In this document: piece after piece, positions 39,021 through 51,457 of the stretch
Layout of the letters: the number at the start of each line of letters is the position of its first letter
Numbering within the stretch: position 1 is the stretch's first letter
NCBI GenBank assembly: GCA_044892525.1
Contig: CM097885.1
Coordinates: forward strand, 36,458,001 to 36,522,000
Direction: 5' to 3'
Source of the DNA: Schmidtea polychroa
Lineage: Eukaryota
Length of the DNA stretch: 64,000 nucleotides
Position numbers and translations under genes: made by a program
The notes under the pieces: model-generated
What the model was told of the DNA's origin: nothing
Seen by the model: the letters and a program-made list of their open reading frames with translations, nothing else
Database searches by the model: none

Positions 39021-39744
39021 CCAAGTGAGAAGTCAGAGATTAAGAAGACATCCGAAAATTTAAGGCGAATGGACATGTAATAATATTAAAGAATTAATAT
39101 TATTATTTTTGTTTTAATTTGTGATAAAAACAAAAAAAAATTTGAATTTGGTCATTTTCTGAATTGTAACAGAAAGTCAGGTAGCAGGTTTTCATCTCTC
39201 AAATTTTGTAGAATTTTATTTATAATAAGTCCCTTATGATTATTTTTAATTGAAGCAGTTCCAGCTAATTTGCTAGAAAGAGAAAATAAAAACATTTTAA
39301 TTATATTTGGAACTAAAATAAAATTTTAAATTATTTAAATTATTTAAATTTAAATTACATATTTTACTAATAAAAGTATAATTATTAGATTTATTTAGTT
39401 TAATTTTTGATTTTAATTTTTATCTAAATTTATAACGACGAAAAAATGGCCATTAAGAAAGTACAAATGGTCATATTCAGTGATAAAGTTAAAATCATTT
39501 TTAGTAATTAAAGATAATTCAGAATTAATTGAAGTATCTTTAAATTTTGAATTTTTTAATTTAATTAATTTTAAAAAACGTGGAAATTTTTTCAAAAATT
39601 CCACACGTTCTTTTTTCGATAAATATCTAGTTAATTTGTTAGACAAGTTAACAGGATTAATTTTAATATTTGACTTTGAACCTAAAACTAAAGTATTTTT
39701 AGAATCAACAATATTAATAACCTTAGATAATTTGTTAAATTTTT

Positions 39745-40170
39745 TTATTTTAAAATCATCATTTTTAGAATAAGAATCCAAAGTAGAATCAGTGTTAGTG
39801 TTCTCATTTGGATTCCCATTCTCTTATTATTTTTATTACTATCATTTAAGGAATTAAAAATCAAATCAATCCTACCACATACAGATTCAATAGCCTTCAC
39901 AAGAATCTGAAATCTTTCTTCAGTTGAAAAAGTCATAGTAGAAAGTTGTGGAATCTTTTCTTCAGAGAATTTCATTGAATCTTCAGGCACGTCCTCAATT
40001 GATTCAACCGATTCCAGAATTGAAGGCTCTTCAGAATTTTTTGAAATAAAGTCCAAAATGGCTTGCGATTGTTGAATCTGACATTTCAACAAATGCAATA
40101 TTGACGATTTTGCAATTCCATTATTAGGATTGACATTATTCGGTAATTCACTTGGAAACGATTGCATCAT
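39745..40170 (-). CDS. Unknown ORF (141 aa, overlapped by a 122-aa ORF at 39413-39781), possibly Polinton accessory
   Basis: Long open frames in very AT-rich DNA, TATA-like tatataaaa upstream; no recognisable domain. Confidence 0.4.
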   Translation of the reverse strand: MMQSFPSELPNNVNPNNGIAKSSILHLLKCQIQQSQAILDFISKNSEEPSILESVESIEDVPEDSMKFSEEKIPQLSTMTFSTEERFQILVKAIESVCGRIDLIFNSLNDSNKNNKRMGIQMRTLTLILLWILILKMMILK

Positions 40171-40296
40171 CTTGATAATTGTTGCTTGCGATTTGATAGA
40201 TTTCTATTTAAATGATATATTTTTATATATAAAATTGTGTGATGTCATAAAATACATCTTTTTATGTAGGATGTCTGGTTAAAATAAAAGTACCTC

Positions 40297-40334
40297 TGAC
40301 TATAATCAGAAATTGCAATTTCTGATTATAGTCA
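40297..40334. other. Perfect 38-bp palindrome
   Basis: tgactataatcagaaattg|caatttctgattatagtca. Confidence 0.95.
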
Positions 40335-40498
40335 TAACTTGTGTGAGGCGTTTTTGTACTTTGTATTAAAATAATCCTATGATATTGTGCATGTTTGATT
40401 GTATGTTGAAATCCTTAATATACATTAATTATTATTTTTAGAAACTCCTCAAGCCTTTTTAATGTTAATAATAAAACGTGTTAGTATAATTTGTTCTT

Positions 40499-41155
40499 AT
40501 GGATTCGATAAATACACGTAGCAATTTGGATAATATGGTGACCACGATTGAAAATTTTATAAAACCACCAGAAACATATTACATGGATTCAGGCGTGGAA
40601 GATTTCATCTTAGAAACGGAACGATTCTTTGAGATTAGAAATATCTATCAAATATCTATCAATCAATGCAAATATGAGTTGACAAATGAAACTCTGCATT
40701 ATACGGAAAGAATTAGAAACGCTTTTGCTAAGAACAGAAGTCTTATCAAAGATCTCAACGAAGCGCTTAATTATCGTCAAGGAAGTGAGGCTACCTTAGT
40801 ATTCTGCTCAAAAATTTAGAAACTTGAAAAAGATATTTTGAAGAATAATTTATGAAAAAGAATTAAGATAGAAATTAAGTTTAAAAGATCTCAATCATTT
40901 GGTGAAAATAAAGAAGGAAACACCTTCAAGTTTCAAAAGAAAGATGGCACTCACAAAGTAGGAAATAAACGGATTACCTGAACGAATACCAACAAAGAGT
41001 GTTCTAATCATGGTAGAATCAAGATAGATATGAAGGCCCATACGAGATTATTCAAAAAATACACGAAAGGCAATATCTGTTGAGAAACTATTCGGGAAAG
41101 ACATTACAAAGAAATGTGGAAAAGATGAAGAAATGTTTTAAAGAAGGCGGTGTGA
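40499..41155 (+). mobile_element. Heavily deleted LTR-retroelement remnant
   Basis: PBS-like tggtgaccacg, Gag-like frame, EGPYEII integrase tail, purine tract then TG. Confidence 0.4.
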
Positions 41156-41799
41156 AAATTGATCAAAATTGCAATTTAGAAATTCATTTAAATTTAGAAA
41201 AATATTGCGTTGCTTAGATATTTACATTTTCTCGTCACTTTGTTTTTTCGATTCATCAAAAGAAAATTAAAAATGTATTCAAAAATCAGGAATCTCACCT
41301 CAACATCCAATTTATAATTGTATCAAGATTAATATTTTTGTTCTTCATATATTTCTGTGCTCTCAGTGTTCAAAGTTCAATTAATGGAAATATCAGTTTA
41401 CATTTCAAGTTTGAAAGAATCAATAATATCAAAAATACCAATATAAATTATGGTCGTTAATTTGATTTAGATAATCTCAGTCATATGCTCCTTTAATGAT
41501 AATAATACTAATAAACAGTATTTGACAAAAATAACTGTTGATATCAAACATTTTTCGCATTTCAAAAAAAAATAATAATAGAGATTTCTAATAACGATAA
41601 TAATTATTAATATATTATCACAAACTAGACATGATAGCTGCTGAAAAGGTAACGGGAAAGTTTTTTAAAACTTTTTGTAATTATCAGTTGTTATTTCCTT
41701 TTTTTGCCATTTTAATGTTTTTAAAAATACATTTTCAAAATACACAAGTTATATATTACCTTGTTCTGACTGGATGACCGTTCTGGCCTACAACATGAC

Positions 41800-42070
41800 A
41801 TCAACTTCCTACTATTTGCAGCCGATGAAGATCATTAGCGGATGCAGAGTATGGTTCACCGACGGAACTGTCAAGGTCAGTACAGCTGGATATACACAAC
41901 TGTACACCATTTATGGAAATCTTGATGGAATTAATATTCCTTGCGTAATAATATTAATTCCATTATGTACGCGGCAGTGTTAACGAAGTTAGGAGAGATA
42001 GAACCAATATTGAAACCACAAACGACATCAGCGATTTTCAAAAAACATTAGTTAAATTTTGTATTGGAGT
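41800..42070 (+). mobile_element. Mutator (MULE) transposase fragment
   Basis: WFTDGTVKV...YTQLYTIYG....IPCV. Confidence 0.7.
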
Positions 42071-42479
42071 GAAGAGGATCAATTTTAGGTTGAAATATTG
42101 GAGAAGACATAAAATGAAAGTAGAAAGAAATGCCGAAATGAAAAAGTATAACAATTTTAATAAAAAATAGTTATAACCAGCATTTTTAAATTAATTTTTA
42201 CACTGAAACGTGCTTTCCCCTTTTTTTTAAAAGTTATTGATTTTTAATTAAAATGCGTTCTTGAAATATAAAGTAATTTTAAAAAGAACAAATTTAAAAA
42301 TTGAAAATGTGGTTGATTGATTTCATACACATTAATTGCTTTTTAATTGCTTATTAATCCTAAAAAGACGGTTTATTGAAAAATTCTTTTAAAAAATATT
42401 ATTTGGTTGAACATTATCTAATTTTTCAATTGAGATTTGAATTTTGTCATATCGAAAATGCAAATTTATTTAAATTTTA

Positions 42480-43905
42480 CATACTCGAAGTAATTCTCCC
42501 GTTGGAAACATAAGAGAAGAAAAAGGACTGACAGAGATATGTAAGCATATCGACTGCAAAATGTTAAAAATTGGAGATGGCTCAACTAAAGGTCTCCAGT
42601 CGCCCTTACTTTCCGTCCATCACCTCACAACAGCTACTATTTCGGCAAACACACCAAGTGAACCACCAGGAAGAAAATCGTTAAAAAATGAAAAAACGTT
42701 AACCAAGTATTCTTCGATGCTAGATCGCGAAGAAAAATCACTTCTTTCTACACCTGCAAGATTAACAGAACATGATGGGATTTCTTTTAACGTTATATGC
42801 TGCTCTTCTGATTTACGTTCAGATCTTATAGCAAAAGGATTCAAAAGTCTACAACAACAAAATGGTTGTAGATTACATCAAAAAAATAAAGAATTTTTTA
42901 ATAACTGAAATAGATGGCAAAAAATCCTCAATTCGGTTTGGGTGAGAGATTTTCCTTAACGTTTGTTGAATACGTAAACGCTGGTACACGAGCTTAGGCT
43001 TAGTTTGAATAAATGATCAATACCTGCAATATCAACTTGATTTGCGAAAAGATATCGTCGGAATTATGACTGGCGGAGCAAGTGTAAAGAAATATTCTGG
43101 GAGATTATTGCCTGTAAATCAAAATTGCGACTCAGACTCCAATAGTAAAATTTCTCGGTATTGCACTTGCATGTACAAAATATTTTAAATTCATAGAATT
43201 TCTAGCTACATGCTGGGGCAGTACTTATTTGATGATTGAGCGTATCATTAAATTAAAACGTTTTCCTACTGACATGGAAAACCCAGCCGTAACATTGATT
43301 GATACGCAATGAGAAGAAGTAAAAAATCTGGAATGTATTCTTCGTGAACCTTATATCGCCACAAAAAAACTACAAACAGCAAATTTAACTGCTGGTATGT
43401 TTTATAAAGAATGGTGCAATCTTTAAAAATTCAATGATACGCAGACAAAGTACCCTCTTAGACAATGACATGTTAATAGCGGGTATCTACGTTGATCCTA
43501 TGGTCCGAATGTTACTTACCGGAGAATGTCAAATAGAGATAAAAGTTAGAGATAAAGATGCTTTGTATGAATTGGCCATTCGAATGACAAGTTTGCAAGA
43601 TAAAGAACGTATTGAGATATATTTTCATATTCATCAAATCTAATTCCTGGTTCTGTTGTAGAAGATGATTTTGAAAAATATTTTGACGAGCAAAAGCAGT
43701 CCAAGCGTCGTTGCTTAGGGTTATATAGTAGCGGAGAAACTTAGGTAAATTTAAAATAGACTTTTACCAGGCTTTAAAATATGTACAGAAATTTGACGCT
43801 AATAGAAGATTGCAAGACTAGGTGGAACAGTCTTGTCAATGCTTGAACTCTAAAGCCCTTTACCGTCGGGATGCTAGTCAGTTCACAGCCGATTCCCAAA
43901 CCCTA
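42480..43905 (+). mobile_element. Highly decayed hAT-like transposon
   Basis: C..C...GSTKGL, ARL...DGISFN, DIVGIMT.GAS, IYVDP, TRWNS; end ...cccaaacccta. Confidence 0.6.
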
Positions 43906-45278
43906 ATTTCACTGATGTTTTAATATAGGCTGCTATTAAAAAGACGAAACCTAAACAGTTAGTTATTTTCAAAAGAATAATACAATAAAATAAAAAACTC
44001 ATACCGTAATTCTTACAGGGAATAAAAAGGTGTGGGTGAATGACAAATTTATGATATATGGACATGGTTCAAATATAATCCTTATAATCTGATTCGTATG
44101 CAATTTTTTTCTTCTTTTTGAGAAATTCTCTCTACTTCCATGTCATGGTAGATCAAACTCTACAACATTTCCTAATTATGAATATCTATTTGGTTTCTAT
44201 GCAAAGTGTTATTAGAAATGATTGGATTTGATCTTTGGAAATAATCTTTCAATTAATTAGGATGATGATATTGGTTTTGAGATAATTGGTTTTCGGGTTG
44301 AGTGCTTCAGGGTGACAGTCTTGGTATTGAACGATTCCAGTGAGCCCAGTGAACTAAGCTTCGGCGTATTCGGTCACTTAGGAATTTAATATTTTTTCAA
44401 ATATATTCAAACAAATTATCAATTTTTTCTTACAACTTTTGTATTTTTCAGTTTATTTATTTAAATAAATCAAAAATTTTAAATTTTTTATTTTCATTAA
44501 ATCTTGTTATTTTTCAGTAATTTTAGTTTTTCATTTTCTTTTAATCCATATTTTTACAAAGATTTTCAAATTTTAGTTAAATCAAATAGTTCTTTTTTCT
44601 GTTTATTTTTAATATTTTAAATTTCAATTTGATTTCTCTTAATGTAATTTTGTATATTTTAATTTCCATGATACCTTCTCTTTGTCTGAATAGTATTTTG
44701 CCCACAATAAATTGATATTTCTTGATATTTATTCTTTAAAAGATTTTCGATGAATTGGATTTTCATTTTTTAATAAACAAGTAATTATTAAAATTTTTAA
44801 TTTTTTGAATGTCTTAATAAAAATATTTTTATCCGCTGTAAATATTTAAAAATTTTTCAAAGTTATTTCAATTTCTGGAGTATATTTATTATGGTTGTCC
44901 ACATTCTTTGAATTTTCGTCAACTTTCAAATTTTTAAAATTGTTTTTTTGAAATTTTTAAAAATATTTTTTAAAATCCTTTTTTATTCTGATTTTTGGAA
45001 ATCTTCCTTTGTAATATTTTCTTTATAATGTTTTTTAATGCTTTTTATAATTGGTATCATATTTTATTATTGTAATTTTGACTTATTCTTCGTTGATTAT
45101 TCTTCTGATCAAAGTTTTTTTTGTGATTTGCAAAGTTCTTTTTTTTATATTCTGTCCACTGTATTTCTTTTTCTATATTTGTTTGTCACTTGTAACTTCT
45201 ATTTGGAAGTTTTAGTTTTTTGTTTACCACTCGTATGATCAAGTTTATTATTATTTTGTTCGGTTCATCTCTATTTAC

Positions 45279-45460
45279 TTTACAAGTATTCCTCTTGTGT
45301 TGAAATTCTTATCAAAAAATACTACATTGGTTGGAACAATACGTGGGAATTAAAGAGAACTCCAAAACATTTGCAAAGAAAAGATAGCAAGACTCGTTTT
45401 TTATGAATCAAATGGATGTACACTTACTATTTGTAATGCATGCAACAAAAATATGTATAC
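45279..45460 (+). mobile_element. piggyBac transposase fragment
   Basis: Manual translation FTSIPLVLKFLSKNTTLVGTIRGN*REL. Confidence 0.65.
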
Positions 45461-47539
45461 GGAAAATTTATACAAAGCAAAATCTACGTATGAAAAAATT
45501 GTGGAAAATCCAATATTATTACTACTACTACTACATAGGTTCCTAATTCAGAATTGAAATAAAATTTTGATTTGGTTATATGTTTACTGTACTCTTTATC
45601 ACTGAGAAATATTTTTGTATGAAAATGGTGACGACAAGTTTTGATTTTCATAAAGCTCTTTTTTTTATCAAAATGTTCGAAAAAAAAGATTTTTTGGAAG
45701 TATTTCCCACAACAGCAAGTGCTGAAGCATTAAATAATACTGGTAAAATATATTTTAATATTAATCAAATCCTTTAGATATTTGTAATTCAAGATTATAT
45801 TTTAAAGTTAAAGTAAATGGAAATGTTGCAGCTGATAAATTTACATTTGAATACAATTGTTTATTACCTCTACTAATTGCAACGCGTCCTCACGATCTGC
45901 TTGCATTTTTTTCTAATAGCTTTAGCACTAAAATTTAAATGTACCGCAATATCACGCTCTTACGGGTCTCGATCACTCATACGTAACAGCTCATGTCGTA
46001 ATTTTAATCAATTAATAAGAAATAGAAACAATTCGTTGTTATTCAACGCGTCGCGACTAGAGGACTCTTGAATTATGATAGAAAGATTGATAATCTCTAT
46101 TCATAAGTCGAAAAATGAATTATATATCTTCATCTATTGAATCAACTAATTTAGGTCAAAACAAGATCTCTGTAATTTAATGGGAAGAATTTACCAAATT
46201 AATATTCTGGAACCAAAAAAGGTATGATAGTTAGCCAACATTATTATGTTATGTATATTTATTATAAGATACTCTAGGATAATGTACATAGTCGAACATT
46301 AGAATTCACAATCTGAAGTTGATTTTATAGGCAATAATTTGTATAGTCCGTTTCATCACTGTCTACACATTCAGACTCACCACACTCATTTACATTAAAC
46401 TAAGAAAAACGAAAGTTTTATTAATATGTAAACGGAATCACATGCGTTCTAAATCTAATTAGAGCGGCTTCTCCATGGAACTGAAACTGAAGTCTCCACC
46501 TGTCGATTTTGAATTGAGGCCAGCTCCTTCTGCAATTTATCGTCGTGTTCACATATATACTCCCAATCAGTGTTGGAAATGATCGCTGGTTCAATCTGCT
46601 CGTTGATGTGTCTCAACCTTCCAATTGATTGGTTGACATCGTTAACCACTTGCTTCCGAGCAAGACGAGCCGGATTTAATGTTGGCTCTCTCTTCTTTCG
46701 TCCACAGCAACTCCCGTAGAATCATCGCGTGCTGCGGGCTTGTCCGTTCCAGGTCTTCATTCGGCTACGTCGTTCCAGTTGAGACGATCTGTATCGGCTA
46801 GGTGATGACGTTCCTGCTCTCAGGTCAGTTTTATATCATGGTGGATCAGTTGGATGTGACATTTGTGTGAATCTTAGTTTAACAGATTGAAAACTTTTCA
46901 TTGGTTCCTTATATCATGACGGATGTGCGTTAGCTACTATCAAATTTTCTGTTCTCCGAGTCTTTATCTAACTAACTATATACTGTTTGGTGCGCGGTCG
47001 CGGTATCCGGTGAATTTCTTCCTGACTGGCTGTCCGATCGTTAGATGAATTTGTCAGTGGACGTCATTCTAGATATTCGTGTCATTTGGTCAACTTCGGT
47101 TTCATCGTTGACAAAAACAAACAAAAATCCGTTCATTTCATTATATTTACATTTTGGGCGGGGTTTGCCCTTGTTGTATCTATACATTCCTTTAAAATTA
47201 AAGTTAAAATTAACGTTTAAAATTTTTGGTAGAGATCTGCTCTTATTTTATTCGTTTATTTCCTCAAAATTGAAGATAAAATTAACCCTATGAAAATTTT
47301 GTAGGGATCGGTTCTTATTTTATTCCTGTATTTTCTTAGATTTTGAAAGTCTAATTGACTTTTGAAAGATTTGGCAGGGATCTGCCCTATATTCAGTGAT
47401 GTTGAAACAATTCTAATCTTCATTGTATGTGGGAATGATTTTGCGTCAATGATGGTGGAATGCTCGTTTCTCTTAGCTCACTGGATGTTTGAGAAGTGAG
47501 CGCTTAGTGTCTTATAATCTTTGTATTTAAATGTGATTT

Positions 47540-48629
47540 TGGTATGTGGTCGTTATTCACTATATGTTATTTACGTTAATTAAAAGAGTTACTCGCCGCA
47601 TCAGCACACTGGACTCGAATACGGTGAACCTTTGGTGTTGTGTTGGGACCTCGGAGCTCCGCACGAACTAAAGGTTTAGTTATTAAGGTTTACACCACAT
47701 GTTGACAACATCGATGCTGATCATTGCTTAAAATAATTCCGCTCGTTCAAAAAGAAATTGAAAAAACAAAGATGATTATGCACAATCTTGTATTCTCATA
47801 ACATGATAGTAAACAAAAAAAATATAACATAAACATAAAAAGTAACCATACTTGTTAAATTTTCTGGCGAAAATGTTGGCATAAAATCATGTGTTTGTGA
47901 CCAAAATGCATCAGTATATATACCCTAATTTTGGTCTGTGAGTATGTGTGCATGCATTTATTCAGTAAAACAAATTTGAATTATTTTAATTTTATCAAAA
48001 TTTTGAATTCTAATTTTTATCAATTTGATGGCAATTTTTTCTAAATTATGATTAATTTTATTTTCTAAATTTTATATTTTATTTATTTTTAATTAATTTT
48101 ACCGCCATTATGAATATGGGTGTTTTCTAGAATATTCTAAGCTGTTTAAAAAATTTTAATATCTAATTCTCATTTCCTTTAATTCTTATGTTATTTCTTT
48201 TTGCTTTTTTATTAATTTAATTATTAAATATTTATTTTTAGTTAACTTTGCTGAATTACTTATGGCCATCGTGGATTTCACCATTTTTACGATATATTCT
48301 AGTTTCCTATCTATTCTTATTGTAATTTTTATCTCTAATTCATTTTTATATTATTTTTTGGAAATCTTTCTGATTTCCGTTTCTATCTCTCCTTATCTCG
48401 CCCTTAATTCAAATTTGCTTACTTCGTGTATTACTTCTTGCCTTTGTTTGATTTTTCTTTAAACTTGGGTTTATTACTTTTTTTATTATTTGGATTCTAT
48501 TAGTTATGCTTATTTGGTGTTTTAACGTGTTTCTAATTTAACTCGACTTACTGCTATGTATGCGTGTCATGTTTCAAAACATTTTGTCACGTTGCTTTTG
48601 CAGGGCCTAAAGTCAGTTTTTGCCAAACA
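47540..48629 (-). repeat. Diverged inverted copy of the TGTTGGG arm
   Basis: Ends agtcagtttttgccaaaca; ttggcataaa, gtaaaacaaatt and atggcaatttt blocks as in 19940-20718. Confidence 0.7.
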
Positions 48630-49010
48630 ATAGAAAAAAGAGCAGATGCAGAAAGTAACAAGGATTAATCTAAAGTTATGTTGTTTAAATTATTAAATAA
48701 TGCTGTCTTTGGGACAAAAAGGAATAGAAAGAAATTTGGGGAAATTTTATCAAGACCAATATTTAAAGACGCAGTAAATTTTATGATGATTTGGAAGCTG
48801 TTGAAAATAGGAAACTATGTAAAAATTATAACAAACCCATAAGTTTAGGATTTAGCATTCTTGAACTAGGTAAACTCCAAATATATGAAACATTTTATAA
48901 CATTCTTATACCACTTTTCAAAAATAGAATATCAATCCATGCTATGAATACAGATTCCATGTTTTTAAAGATTGATCGAATTTCAAAGTATAAAAATGTA
49001 TACGAGAAAA
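48630..49010 (+). pseudogene. Third Polinton-type pPolB fragment
   Basis: FKLLNNAVFG, NKPISLGFSILELGKL.IY..FY, NTDSMF. Confidence 0.75.
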
Positions 49011-49275
49011 TTGAATCAACTCAACAACTAAAAGCCTTGATAAAAACAAGTGGATATCTTTTTACTGTTGTTGCGGTTCTCAAATCTCAACTTGATGGTT
49101 CATATATAAATAAGAACACAAACACTGGTTTAACAAATTTATTTATTTATCACAATTACAAATTCAAAGAATATAACAATTACCTCAAAATATTTCAATT
49201 TGTGTTTTATATATGTGTATATGTAAATGCTTGCAGTTTCCTGAACTTGGATGTGTAAATAGGTATGCTCTAGAT

Positions 49276-50162
49276 CAGGGATGGCGAACCTTTTTTTGAC
49301 TGCGTGCCAATAAAAATAATTTTTATAAAATGAAAATACATGCGTGCCAATAAAAATAATTTTTATAAAAAGAAAATACATGCGTTATGAAAAATTACAT
49401 ATACATTGATTTCTATAATTTCTTTACATAATTTTCAATGAGATTTTTGTTGTTGAATAGTTTTCGATAATTCACCAATATCCGGATGATAGTTTGACAA
49501 TTTTAATGAAATACAAGCCTCGCCACATTCGTCGGTAAGTCTATTTCGTAAATCAGAATTTATGCTATTCATTATCGAAAATAAGCTTTCACAGCTATAT
49601 GTTGATGAAAATATTGTAAGAATAGCTAAAGATAATTTCTTCATCGCATTAAATGTCTCTGGAAGCGAACACCATGTCTTCAACAAAATATTATTCATGT
49701 TTTCATATTCTTCTTCATTTAATCTTTTTTTTTTCATTATTTTCTATTTAATGTCTCAACTCTATAAATTTCTGTTTCCAAATAGAACTTGATTGAAACT
49801 CGGCCAACTGCATTTCTAAATTCACTAACTTTAACCATTCTAACTAATCTTATAACTTGGCTATAAAAATTTACATTAATTTCAAAAACACCATGAATGG
49901 AAAATTTTTGAATATGATCTTTCAACAATGAAAAATACTTAAAGCGTTGAAATAAAATCTCCAGAAATCTGTGTAAACTCTTAATTTTGTTTTTTAAATA
50001 TCATATTTTTGCATTGAATTTGAATTGAGTTCAAAATTTTTTCAAAATCGAAAAAGGATTTTGTGTTAGTTAGTGTATGAAAAACGAAAGATATTATACG
50101 TGCCAACGAAAATTTATCTACGTGCCACTTTGGGCACGCGCGCCACAGGTTCGCCATCCCTG
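49276..50162 (-). mobile_element. Internally deleted (887-bp) copy of the same hAT family
   Basis: TIR cagggatggcgaacct, TSD CTCTAGAT; ORF 49435-49737 nearly identical to 35733-36035. Confidence 0.95.
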
Positions 50163-51394
50163 CTCTAGATTATATTGGAATATCAATTTCTGAATTTGCA
50201 ATTCTTCTTGAAAGCTTTGATTTTATTGGGTGGTTTGAATCAATAAATCAATATAATTACATAAATAAATAAGTTAACATATCAAATCAAATTGTTTATA
50301 AGTTATATACTGTTTCTGGAATCATCATCAAAATCTCGAATCACGCTTTGTTCTGTATGTGCATGTTTACCCTATATTTATCTTACCTTATCATGTAGTA
50401 TTTCAGTCTTAAGATTTTTAATGTTCGCCCATCTAACACTTTTAAGGATGAAAAACCTGTTAATCCTATAATAGATTTTGCTATTATTAGAGCTAAAAAA
50501 TATTCTATTAAATGCTTGAAAGGTGAATAAAATAAAAATAAAGTGATAAAAAATGTGTAAGCAAGAAAATAACTAATTAAGATTATTTACATTTTCTAAA
50601 GTGAGATTCTGAAAAGAGGATGGAATTGTATTTTGAATCAGCTATTAAACTTAAAAAAATTTTATTTCTAAAGAATCATTAAAATAATCGAATTTCAAAT
50701 AATTAAATAATTAAGGCATCAATAGAAAAAAATTAAAATATAAACAATAAAAATTTATATATTGAGAATAATTAGGATAAATAATAATAGTAAATGAAGA
50801 ATAATAAATAATAATAAAAATGATAATAAATAATAACAATAAGGATAATATATAAAGAAATATTTTATTATTAGGTCTCAATAAATTTTGCAACAATGAC
50901 ACTTATAAAAAAATAATATGAATTCTATAATAACGAGTGCTTGAAAAAATGATATAAATATTAGCGTAAAGTCAGTAGTAGTCACCAAAAAATCAGTAAC
51001 TAAGTCCTGAGTCTTGTAAAGTAAATCTCAGCGAGACATTAAAATAAGACAGACAAAAACGTCACTCATAAATTTTTTTATTAAAACATATAGCACGCAC
51101 TATATAACAGATAACAAAATACACAGCAAGCAAGATTTGATAAATTCGAATTCGGATAAACATATACAATTTGTAAATATTTAAGTTGAATTTTGTTTTT
51201 AAATAAATATTAATAAAGCAGTCTTTTTTTCTATTTATTTAGTCATCACCGGTGATAAGGTTGAAATTTCAAGTCACATTGAAACTTCAACAATAATACA
51301 CACACTATAGTAAAAAATAGTTGTTACATCAAAACAGAAACATCGAAATTTTTTTAAAAACATTGAAATTAGTTTATAAAAAAATAATTTAATT

Positions 51395-51457
51395 GGAGAT
51401 TTGAACCATGTATATTGTTAATGATGATTGGGCTGTTCCCACTGTGCTATCTAGGCT
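51395..51457 (-). other. Degenerate tRNA-like/Pol III A+B box sequence
   Basis: TAGCACAGTGG, 31 nt, then GGTTCAAATCTCC; no good cloverleaf. Confidence 0.3.

Larger units (their letters stand above)
28367..39171 (+). mobile_element. Gypsy LTR retrotransposon A with ~100-bp LTRs (28367-28466, 39076-39171)
   Basis: TG..CA direct repeats, PBS-like tggcgtcac, gag-PR-RT-RH-IN order; no clean TSD (tatagt/gaaagt). Confidence 0.92.

Noticed and set aside
46455..46649. Short ORF in a GC-richer stretch
   Set aside because: No domain; probably element-internal sequence, cannot be assigned
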